DNA of 64,000 nucleotides from assembly GCA_004554165.1 (NCBI GenBank), contig SFNQ01000014.1:8520-72519 (forward strand), given 5' to 3'. A program made the position numbers and the translations under genes. Shown one piece after another: positions 49,152 to 57,150 of the stretch (position 1 is the first letter of the stretch; each line of letters opens with the position of its first letter). The notes under the pieces were generated by a model, which worked only from the letters and a program-made list of their open reading frames with translations, made no database searches and was not told the origin of the DNA. Source of the DNA: Clostridiales bacterium (GTDB lineage: Bacteria > Bacillota > Clostridia > Christensenellales > CAG-138).

Positions 49152-50324
49152 TTGGCGCAATCTGCCGTAAAAACACGGCGTCGCATGGATTATGCGATCC
49201 TTTTGACCGTGACGCTGTTGTGCGCGTTCGGCCTCGTGATGATCTTCTCCGCGAGTTACTACTATGCGCAGAATACCGCCTCTACGGAGTACGACGGTTA
49301 CTTCTACATTCGCAGGCAGTCCATCTACCTTGCGCTGGGCTATCCGGTGATGATCGCGCTGTCCTTTTTCGATTACCGCCGGCTTGAAAAGCTGAAGGTG
49401 GTGGGTCTGCTGGTGTCCATCATTCTTCTGATTGCAGTGCTGATCTTCGGCAAGGAGCTCAACGGCGCAAAGCGCTGGCTGGACATCGCGGGCCAGAGTA
49501 TTCAGCCCTCCGAGGTTGCAAAATTCGGCATGATGCTCTATATGTGCGCGTTCATGAGCAAAAAACACGCCGTCATGCAGAGCTTCAAATACGGCATGCT
49601 GCCCATGCTCCTGGTCATCGGCGTGGTCTGCGGCCTTGTCATGCTCCAGCCCAACATGTCCATGTCCGTTATCATGGGCATGCTCGGCTACGCGCTTTTG
49701 TACATTGGCGGCTGCAAGGGCAAGCATCTGTTCTTCCTGCTCATCCTCCTGGTTGGCCTGTTTGTCCTGCTTGCGGTCATCGAGCCTTACCGTCTGGCAC
49801 GCCTGACCTCCTTCACCGACCCCTGGAAGGACCCGCTGGGCACGGGCTACCAGCTCATCCAGTCCTTCTACGCCATCGGCAGCGGCGGGCTCTTCGGCCG
49901 GGGGCTCAACAACAGCCGCCAGAAGCTCCTGTTCCTCACCTACGGCGAGTCCGACTTTATTTTCGCCGTCATCTGTGAGGAGCTGGGCTTTGTGGGCGGG
50001 CTGGTTATCCTGCTGGCTTACGGCTTCATCATCTTCCGCGGCATCCGCATTGCGCTGCGCTGCCGCGACCGCTTCGGCAGTCTCCTTGCCGCAGGAATCA
50101 CCGTCGTTTTCGCCATTCAGATTCTAGTGAACATCGGCGTTGTGACCGGCTCCTTCCCGACCACCGGTCAGGCCCTTCCCTTTATCAGTTCGGGCGGCTC
50201 GTCGCTGGTGCTGTTCCTGGCCGCCATGGGCGTGCTGCTGAACATCTCGCGCTCAACCTCAGGCTCGATGCAGCCGGTGGTGCGCGCGGCCTTCCGCAAA
50301 AAGCCCCGGGCCGTGGCCGGTTAG
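49152..50324 (+). CDS. ftsW: SEDS-family peptidoglycan glycosyltransferase FtsW/SpoVE
   Basis: 10-TM SEDS text: QPSE.AKF, PD..TA-like region, ESDFIFAVICEELGF and LPFISSGGSS. Start uncertain (GTG 49143, TTG 49152 or ATG 49185). Confidence 0.9.
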   Translation: MAQSAVKTRRRMDYAILLTVTLLCAFGLVMIFSASYYYAQNTASTEYDGYFYIRRQSIYLALGYPVMIALSFFDYRRLEKLKVVGLLVSIILLIAVLIFGKELNGAKRWLDIAGQSIQPSEVAKFGMMLYMCAFMSKKHAVMQSFKYGMLPMLLVIGVVCGLVMLQPNMSMSVIMGMLGYALLYIGGCKGKHLFFLLILLVGLFVLLAVIEPYRLARLTSFTDPWKDPLGTGYQLIQSFYAIGSGGLFGRGLNNSRQKLLFLTYGESDFIFAVICEELGFVGGLVILLAYGFIIFRGIRIALRCRDRFGSLLAAGITVVFAIQILVNIGVVTGSFPTTGQALPFISSGGSSLVLFLAAMGVLLNISRSTSGSMQPVVRAAFRKKPRAVAG

Positions 50325-50435
50325 CGCCGCTGCAGGCGCCCTTTCCTTCCGGCATTTTCCGGCGCGCCGCCTGCATTGTCGCATTTTTTGGAACATTCGA
50401 CACGCTCCATGCATACAATAGGCTGGAGGTGTCCC

Positions 50436-51731
50436 ATGCCGTATTTTTCCATCGCAGGCGGCATCCCGCTCAGAGGAAGCTGCCGCGTTCACGGCGCCAA
50501 GAACGCCGTTCTGCCCATTCTCGCCGCCGCCGTGCTGACCAGGCGCCCCGTCCGGCTTCTGGATGTTCCGGATCTGTCGGATGTACGCAACATGTCCGAA
50601 ATTCTGCGTATGCTGGGCTGCCATATTACCAGGGACGGCGACGCGCTCTGCATCGACGGTTCGGATGCCGCCTGCTGCGAGCTGCCGGAGGATCTGTCCA
50701 AGGAGCTGCGTTCCTCCATCTTCCTGCTGGGGCCTGTGCTGGGCCGCTTCCGCCGCGCGGTGGTGACCTATCCGGGGGGCTGCGAGATTGGCAACCGGCC
50801 CATCGACCTGCACCTGAAGGGCCTTTCCGCACTTCGGGCGCACATTCTGGAGGAGGGCGGCCGCATCCACTGCGACGGACATGCGCTGGTCGGCGCCACC
50901 ATCCATCTTGACTATCCCTCCGTGGGCGCCACCGAAAACATCATGATGGCCGCCACCGCCGCGGAGGGGGAAACGGTCATCTGCAACGCGGCGCGGGAGC
51001 CGGAGATTGTCGATTTGCAGGGTTTTCTCTGCGCCGCCGGCTTTGACGTACAGGGCGCAGGCACCTCCACCGTGGTCATCCGCGGCGGCTGCCGCCCGCG
51101 GGAAGTCACCTTCCGCATCATGCCGGACCGGATTGTGACGGGAACGCTGCTGTGCGCCGCAGCCATCACCGGCGGCAGCGTTACGGTGGAAAACGCCTGC
51201 CCGGCGCACCTTTCCGCAACACTTGCAAAGCTGACCGAGGCCGGCTGCGAGCTGACGCTGTATGACCGGGCCATTCACCTGAACGCGCCCCCGCGTCCCG
51301 CCGCCATCCCGCGGCTGGAAACGCTGCCCCATCCGGGCTTCCCCACCGATATGCAGTCGCAGATGTGCGCGCTTGCGTCGGTTGCGGACGGCACCAGCGT
51401 CGTGGTGGAAAACGTGTTTGAAAACCGCTTCAAGCATGTGCCAGAGCTGATCCGCATGGGCGCGGACATCCTGACCCGGGACCGCACGGCCGTTATCCGC
51501 GGCGTACCGCGCCTCACCGGGGCCGCCGTCACCGCGCGGGACCTGCGCGGCGGCGCCTCGCTGGTGCTGGCCGGCCTTTGCGCGGAGGGGACGACCACGG
51601 TACACCGCATCGGCCATATCGACCGCGGCTACGACCATCTCGAGCGCATGCTGCGGCCGCTGGGCGCCCGCATTACACGACACGAGGAGACCCATGGCAA
51701 AGAAGAGCCGGAAACAGGACCAACCGAATAA
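50436..51731 (+). CDS. murA: UDP-N-acetylglucosamine 1-carboxyvinyltransferase
   Basis: ..I.GG.PL.G...V.GAKNAVLPILAA..L, C.IG.RPIDLHL (active-site Cys loop) and HRIGHIDRGY. Start ATG 50436 follows ggaggtg. Confidence 0.9.
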   Translation: MPYFSIAGGIPLRGSCRVHGAKNAVLPILAAAVLTRRPVRLLDVPDLSDVRNMSEILRMLGCHITRDGDALCIDGSDAACCELPEDLSKELRSSIFLLGPVLGRFRRAVVTYPGGCEIGNRPIDLHLKGLSALRAHILEEGGRIHCDGHALVGATIHLDYPSVGATENIMMAATAAEGETVICNAAREPEIVDLQGFLCAAGFDVQGAGTSTVVIRGGCRPREVTFRIMPDRIVTGTLLCAAAITGGSVTVENACPAHLSATLAKLTEAGCELTLYDRAIHLNAPPRPAAIPRLETLPHPGFPTDMQSQMCALASVADGTSVVVENVFENRFKHVPELIRMGADILTRDRTAVIRGVPRLTGAAVTARDLRGGASLVLAGLCAEGTTTVHRIGHIDRGYDHLERMLRPLGARITRHEETHGKEEPETGPTE

Positions 51732-53349
51732 GAAAAAGAGATTCAGCCTGTTTGCGGCGCTGTTTTCGCCGGCGGATGAGCCGGAGGACGAGCGGGGCCT
51801 GCTGGACGACGGACCCGCCGGGGAAGATTACGGGTATGACGGGGACGAGATCGATTACGATACCGAATTCGACGACGAAGACGAGAGCGATTATAACGCT
51901 GGGCCGGAGGGCGCGCCTGCGTCCTCTGTGGACGAGAACGGCGAGCTGATCCACCTGTTCAGCGACGACGAGGTGGAATACTCCGAGGAGCAGGACTTTC
52001 AGGCCGCGGACAGCCTCGTCTGGGAGGATGGCGAGCGGGTGGTTACGGACTACGCCCCCCTGCCCGATGCCCCCGGCCTCGACAGCGCAGACACGGCCGC
52101 CAGACGCCGCGGAAAGCGGGAAGCGGGCCGCAGCGGACTGCCGGATGATCGCGACCTGCTGGGCGGCGTGCCGCTGCCCGAGGAGATCAACCTGTTTGAC
52201 GGCGCGGACGAGCCCTCCGCCCGTCTCTCCAGCGGACGTACCCGCATTTTCCGCACCGGCGGCGGCGCCACCGCGCGCATCAACATCAATGAGACGCAGA
52301 CCATCCGCGCCGTGGACGCGGCCCAGCGCAAGCGCCGCGCCCAGGAGGCGGAGCGCAAGCACGCCATCTACGTTGCAAAAAAACAGCGCAAGGAAAAGCG
52401 CCGGGATTTTTTCAAGCGCATGACAATGAACTTCGTCTTTGGCGCGTTCATCCTCATCGCCGTCATTGCGGCGGTGTACTATACCTTCCTGCTCAGCGAC
52501 ATCGTCGTGGTGGGCAACGAAACCTATTCCGCGCAATACATTGCGGAGCTTTCCGGGCTCAGGCTCGGGCAGCATATGTTCTTTGCGGACCTGGAGCAAG
52601 CGCGGGAAAACATCGTGGAAAACCCCTATTTGCAGGTCAACGAGATCAGCTATATCTTCCCCTCCCGCGTGCGCATCGACATCACCGAGCGCAGGGAGGT
52701 GGCAGGCATCATCGGCCTGGATTACAACGTCATCATCGATCATAACGGCTATGTGCTCTCCATGAGCGGCGGCACCGACCTGTCGGACCTTGTGCAGGTC
52801 ACGGGCGTGAGCATGACGGGCTTTCAGCTGGGTCAGCGCATCGGCGAATCCAGCGACTTTGCCACGGCCTCGCTGATCTCGCTCATTGAAAAGCTGGAAG
52901 AATTTGCGCTGATCGATCATATCCGCTCCATCGACATGACCACGCCGCTGGCCATCGTCATGTACACGGACAACGGCTTTAAAATCCATCTCGGGCAGCC
53001 CACGGAGCTTGACAGCAAGTTCACCGCCCTGCAGAAGCTCATGCCACGCTTTGAGGAGCAGGGCATTTTTACCGGAACGCTCTATCTCTCCGCAAAGGGC
53101 GGCACGGTGTACTCGCCTCAGGGCGCTGGCGCCTCGGCGTCTGCGGCCGACCCCAACGCGCCCGCCGACCCCAATGAACCCACCGATCCCAACGCGCCGA
53201 CCGACCCTAGCGCCACAATGGACCCCTACGCCACGACGGATCCCTATGGGGCAACGCCCGACCCCTGGACGCCCACCGAAACGCCGCAGCCCGCAACCCC
53301 ATCGCCCATCCCGCTGCAGCCGGGCGGCGGCGACGGCTTCCAGGGCTGA
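51694..53349 (+). CDS. ftsQ: cell-division protein FtsQ/DivIB with a long acidic N-terminal region and a P/T/D-rich tail
   Basis: TM FVFGAFILIAVIAAVYYTFLL, then POTRA text IVVVGNETYSAQYI.ELSGL..G...F..DL....ENI..NPYL....I...FP..V.I.I.ER. Overlaps the murA 3' end by 38 nt. Confidence 0.75.
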   Translation: MAKKSRKQDQPNKKKRFSLFAALFSPADEPEDERGLLDDGPAGEDYGYDGDEIDYDTEFDDEDESDYNAGPEGAPASSVDENGELIHLFSDDEVEYSEEQDFQAADSLVWEDGERVVTDYAPLPDAPGLDSADTAARRRGKREAGRSGLPDDRDLLGGVPLPEEINLFDGADEPSARLSSGRTRIFRTGGGATARININETQTIRAVDAAQRKRRAQEAERKHAIYVAKKQRKEKRRDFFKRMTMNFVFGAFILIAVIAAVYYTFLLSDIVVVGNETYSAQYIAELSGLRLGQHMFFADLEQARENIVENPYLQVNEISYIFPSRVRIDITERREVAGIIGLDYNVIIDHNGYVLSMSGGTDLSDLVQVTGVSMTGFQLGQRIGESSDFATASLISLIEKLEEFALIDHIRSIDMTTPLAIVMYTDNGFKIHLGQPTELDSKFTALQKLMPRFEEQGIFTGTLYLSAKGGTVYSPQGAGASASAADPNAPADPNEPTDPNAPTDPSATMDPYATTDPYGATPDPWTPTETPQPATPSPIPLQPGGGDGFQG

Positions 53350-53492
53350 CGCTTCCCGCCCTTCCCCGGCCCCGCCCCCGTCTGCGGGGCCGCGCCGTTT
53401 CCCCGCCCGCTGCGCTTCTTTTTCAAAAAACAGCCCCAATTTCGCCAAAAAATGGCACAAAATATGAAATAACACAAAACATTTTATACGCC

Positions 53493-53522
53493 TTGCGCCA
53501 AAATATTTTTGTGTGATATAAT
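53493..53522 (+). promoter_or_regulatory. ftsA-ftsZ promoter
   Basis: TTGCGC (53493-53498), 18 nt, extended -10 TGaTATAAT (53514-53522), in an AT-rich spacer. Confidence 0.6.
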
Positions 53523-53566
53523 AATGCAGTATATGTAGCGTTTGTCATTTGGAGGAAGTGCCGGTA

Positions 53567-54760
53567 TTGAGACCTGCGGCGATATTGGATATCGGAAGTT
53601 CGAAGATCGTCTGTCTGTGTGGCAGCACCGCTGTGCGTGGAGGTACTGTAGTTCACGGCGTCGGCGTTTCCGATTACGCAGGTTACGAGAGCGCGGAGTT
53701 TTTTGACGAGCGTTCACTGGAGGAGGCCATCGTCGCCTGCGTGCGCGAAGCCGAGCAGATGGCGCGCATCCGCATCCGCGATATGATTCTCTCCGTTCCG
53801 GTTCCCTTTTCAAAGCTCATCGTTACCTCCGCGACCATCCGCCTCGATCCGCGCCGCGAGCGCATCGGCGCGGACGATGTGGACGAGCTGATCTCCCTCT
53901 CGCTTGCCAAGGCCCGCGCAGCGGAGTATGTTCTCATGCACAGCACGCCGGTGAGCTATACGGTGGACGGCTACACCTCTCCGGATGCGCCCGAGGGCAG
54001 GCGGGCGGGCGAGTTCTCCGCAGAGGTTTCGCACATGTATGTGCGCGAGAGCTTTCTCAGCAAGGTGTCCTCGATCCTCCGCACGCTGCAGATCGAGGTT
54101 TCCATGTGCGTGAGCGCGCAGCTTGCCGAGTCCCTTCTTCTCATTCCCGAGGAGGAGCGTGTGCGCCCTGCGGTGCTCATCGACGTCGGCCATACGCATA
54201 CGGATGTCAGCCTCGTTGAGAACGCCGCGCTGACCGCCATGACCAGCTTTGATCTGGGCGGCGCGCAGTTCGCCTCCGATCTGGCCTTCGGTCTGGAAAT
54301 TCCCCTGGAAACGGCGGAACAGGTCAAGCGCCGCTATACCTTTTTGCAGGAGCCGGCAGGCAGCGTTGAAACCATCCGCATGCTCACGGGCGTCAAGCGC
54401 GTTGATCGCAGCGTCATCGACCTGATCGTCGGCGCGCGCGCGGAGGAGTTTGTCGCTCTTTTAAAAAAATCCCTGCGCATGCTGGGCGTTCATGCCGAAA
54501 CGCGCCCGGCCACCTATCTGACCGGCGGCGGGTTTTCCATGATGCGCGGCGGCGGCGAATATCTCCGGCAGCAGTTGGGCCTGCACGTTAAGCGGGACAT
54601 GCCCTATATGCCGGACATGAACACGCCCAACTACGCCAGCGCTTTTGGAGCGCTTGATTTTGCGCTCCGCGCAAGCAGCGCGGAAACCGAGGAATCCGTT
54701 CCCATAAGGCAGGGGATTGGCGGTATTTTGGATAGAATTCGGAACTTATTTATACAATAA
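53567..54760 (+). CDS. ftsA: cell-division protein FtsA (actin-like ATPase)
   Basis: AILDIGSSKIVCL, DVGHTHTDVS and LTGGG motifs, immediately upstream of ftsZ. Start uncertain (TTG 53549 in the ORF track; TTG 53567 sits 10 nt after ggagga). Confidence 0.85.
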   Translation: MRPAAILDIGSSKIVCLCGSTAVRGGTVVHGVGVSDYAGYESAEFFDERSLEEAIVACVREAEQMARIRIRDMILSVPVPFSKLIVTSATIRLDPRRERIGADDVDELISLSLAKARAAEYVLMHSTPVSYTVDGYTSPDAPEGRRAGEFSAEVSHMYVRESFLSKVSSILRTLQIEVSMCVSAQLAESLLLIPEEERVRPAVLIDVGHTHTDVSLVENAALTAMTSFDLGGAQFASDLAFGLEIPLETAEQVKRRYTFLQEPAGSVETIRMLTGVKRVDRSVIDLIVGARAEEFVALLKKSLRMLGVHAETRPATYLTGGGFSMMRGGGEYLRQQLGLHVKRDMPYMPDMNTPNYASAFGALDFALRASSAETEESVPIRQGIGGILDRIRNLFIQ

Positions 54761-54772
54761 GGGGGAGCTGCG

Positions 54773-56017
54773 ATGTTTGAACAGATTAATGAAAACGGCA
54801 CTTTTGCCCAAATTAAGGTCATCGGCGTTGGCGGCGCGGGCTGCAACGCCATCAACCGCATGGTGCAGTACGGGTTGCGCGGCGTAGAGTTCGTCGCGGT
54901 CAACACGGACAAGCAGGCGCTGTACCTCAGCAAGGCCGAAAACAAGGTGCAGATCGGCGAAAAGCTGACCCGCGGCCTCGGCGCGGGCGCGGATCCCGAG
55001 GTGGGCCGCAAAGCCGCCGAGGAAAGCCGCGAGCAGCTCATGCAGGCGCTTGTCGATACGGATATGGCCTTCATTACCGCCGGCATGGGCGGCGGTACCG
55101 GAACCGGCGCCGCTTCCATCGTGGCCGAGTGCGCCAAGGAGCTTGGCATCCTGACGGTTGGCGTTGTAACAAAGCCCTTTACCTTTGAGGGCAAGGTGCG
55201 CATGCGCAACGCCGAAATCGGCATCGCCGCGCTCAAGCCCATTGTCGATACGCTCATCACCATTCCCAACGATAAACTGATCGACCTGGTGGGCAGGGCG
55301 AGCCTGCCCGACGCGCTCCGCGTTGCGGACGACGTGCTTCGCCAGGGCATTCAGGGCATCTCGGATCTTATCGCCGTGCCCGCCATGATCAACCTGGACT
55401 TTGCGGACGTCAAAACCGTCATGAAGGAGAAGGGCCTTGCGCACATGGGCATTGGCAACGCCTCCGGCGAAAAGCGCGCCGCCGAGGCCGCCCGCCAGGC
55501 CGTGGAGAGCCCCATGCTGGAAACCAGCATCAACGGTGCCCGCGGTGTGCTCATGAACATCACCGGCGGCCCGGATCTCAGTCTGCTGGAGGTCAACGAG
55601 GCGGCCGAGATCATCGCCGAGAGCGCCGATCCCGAAGCAAACATCATCTTTGGCGCGGACATCGACGACGCCATGGGCGACGCGCTCCGCATCACGGTCA
55701 TTGCCACCGGCTTTGAGTCCGACCGCGCCATGCCGCAGGTTCCGCCCGCAGGCCTAGGCATGTATGGCACACAGCCGGTATTCCAGTCCGGTTTCCGCGC
55801 GCCCGCCCAGCAGCCCATGGGCCAGCAGCCGCAGATGTTCAACAACGCGGCCTATGCGCCCCGCCGCCCCATGCCCATGAACATGATGGACGAGGAGCCC
55901 GTGGCCGAGCCGGAGCCGCTGCGCGAGGCGACCTTCACCCAGGGCGACCTGCCCCAGGACTATCACGAGCGGCCGAAGAACAAGCTGGACGTGCCCGCTT
56001 TCCTGCGCAACAAGTAA
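54773..56017 (+). CDS. ftsZ: cell-division GTPase FtsZ
   Basis: [13 protein letters not shown], tubulin signature [15 protein letters not shown], and the C-terminal peptide DVPAFLRNK. Confidence 0.98.
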   Translation: MFEQINENGTFAQIKVIGVGGAGCNAINRMVQYGLRGVEFVAVNTDKQALYLSKAENKVQIGEKLTRGLGAGADPEVGRKAAEESREQLMQALVDTDMAFITAGMGGGTGTGAASIVAECAKELGILTVGVVTKPFTFEGKVRMRNAEIGIAALKPIVDTLITIPNDKLIDLVGRASLPDALRVADDVLRQGIQGISDLIAVPAMINLDFADVKTVMKEKGLAHMGIGNASGEKRAAEAARQAVESPMLETSINGARGVLMNITGGPDLSLLEVNEAAEIIAESADPEANIIFGADIDDAMGDALRITVIATGFESDRAMPQVPPAGLGMYGTQPVFQSGFRAPAQQPMGQQPQMFNNAAYAPRRPMPMNMMDEEPVAEPEPLREATFTQGDLPQDYHERPKNKLDVPAFLRNK

Positions 56018-56046
56018 GCGCAAGGATTTTCTCCCCCTGCATGCAG

Positions 56047-56074
56047 CGCGGCGCGGAGGAAACATCCGCGCCGT
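56047..56074 (+). repeat. first copy of a 28-bp direct repeat (ftsZ terminator hairpin without U-tract)
   Basis: cgcggcgcggaggaaacatccgcgccgt is identical to 56274-56301. Hairpin gcgcgga/tccgcgc. Confidence 0.9.
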
Positions 56075-56273
56075 CAGAGTATCGAAAAAGTGGCTGAACG
56101 CCACTTTTTCGAGCTTTCACAGGTTTTGCTTCCCGCATTCGCTCCCGGGCGGCAAAACCTGCAACGTACGAAAGCCTCCGGGTTTTCCTCCGTTCTGACG
56201 CACTTGTCGTCAGAGCCGGATGGAACATAAGGGGCTGCGGCCCCCTGATCAACCCCGGGGTTTTCGACAATCT
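56075..56273 (+). repeat. copy B of the intergenic repeat family (199-bp structured insert, MITE/REP-like)
   Basis: Bounded by the 28-bp direct repeats. Contains a perfect 13-bp hairpin tcgaaaaagtggc/gccactttttcga, an 8-bp hairpin ggttttgc/gcaaaacc, hairpin aggggc-tgcg-gcccct and the palindrome aaccccggggtt. Homologous to 6183-6328 and to 27897-28041 (inverted). Confidence 0.75.
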
Positions 56274-56305
56274 CGCGGCGCGGAGGAAACATCCGCGCCG
56301 TTTTT
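56274..56305 (+). terminator. second copy of the 28-bp repeat; functional-looking ftsZ terminator
   Basis: Same hairpin gcgcgga-ggaaaca-tccgcgc, here followed by cgttttt. Confidence 0.75.
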
Positions 56306-56354
56306 CCTTCTCGAATTTTCGACAAATCTTTATACGAAACATCGTTTAAATATG

Positions 56355-56383
56355 TTGACATCTGGTTTTTAAAACTATATAAT
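56355..56383 (+). promoter_or_regulatory. consensus promoter of the hemolysin-III gene (leaderless transcript candidate)
   Basis: TTGACA (56355-56360), 17 nt, TATAAT (56378-56383). The ATG at 56391 begins 7 nt after the -10. Confidence 0.75.
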
Positions 56384-56390
56384 GTGTTTC

Positions 56391-57050
56391 ATGGAGCAGA
56401 CGATATTAAAAAAACGCTATCTGCCGGATTATACGGTGGGCGAGGAAATCTTCAGCGCCGTCTCCCATGGCGCAGGCGCACTGCTGGGCCTTGCCGGCGG
56501 CGCAGTGCTGCTGGCGCGGGCGGCCCGGGTCTCCGGGGCGCTCGGCATATTCGCGGCCGCCGTGTACAGTGCGTCTCTGTTCATCCTCTATACGATGTCC
56601 ACGCTGTACCACGCGCTGGTGGACAGGCGCGCCAAATATGTGTTCCGCATTTTCGATCACTGCACGATTTATCTTCTGATCGCAGGCACCTATACGCCTC
56701 TGATGCTGGTGCTGATCGGCGGTGCGGCGGGCTGGATCGTGTTCGCCGGGCTCTGGACGCTGGCCGCGCTGTGCATTACGCTCAACGCCATCGATCTGGA
56801 GCGCTTTAAGGTCTTCTCCATGATCTGCTATATTGCCATGGGCTGGTGTGTGCTACTGTTCATCGCGCCGGTCATCCGGGCGCTGGGACCCTGGGGCTCG
56901 GCGCTGCTGGTGCTGGGCGGCATCAGCTATACCGCCGGCCTGCTGTTCTATCGCAGAGCTTCTCTGCGCTACATGCACTCCGTCTGGCATCTGTTTGTGC
57001 TGGCGGGCAGTGTTTTTCAGTATTTCTGCATTCTCCTGTTTGTCTATTGA
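56391..57050 (+). CDS. hemolysin III / PAQR-family membrane protein (YplQ/TrhA-like)
   Basis: Seven TM segments and the motifs E..SA.SHG, YT.STLYH, DH..IY.LIAGTYTP and HS.WH.FV..G. The upstream ATG 56382 overlaps the -10 hexamer and is rejected. Confidence 0.85.
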   Translation: MEQTILKKRYLPDYTVGEEIFSAVSHGAGALLGLAGGAVLLARAARVSGALGIFAAAVYSASLFILYTMSTLYHALVDRRAKYVFRIFDHCTIYLLIAGTYTPLMLVLIGGAAGWIVFAGLWTLAALCITLNAIDLERFKVFSMICYIAMGWCVLLFIAPVIRALGPWGSALLVLGGISYTAGLLFYRRASLRYMHSVWHLFVLAGSVFQYFCILLFVY

Positions 57051-57102
57051 TTCCCCCCTTCGGAGGCTCCGCCACCCCATTTCACCGGAACCTCCGACAA
57101 AG

Positions 57103-57136
57103 GAAAAAGCCGCGCATCAGTCCACGCGGCTTTTTT
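57103..57136. terminator. bidirectional terminator between the hemolysin-III gene and glgA
   Basis: gccgcg / cgcggc stem with an A-run upstream (ggaaaaa) and a T-run downstream (ttttttct). Confidence 0.75.
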
Positions 57137-57150
57137 CTCCTTCCTTTGCC

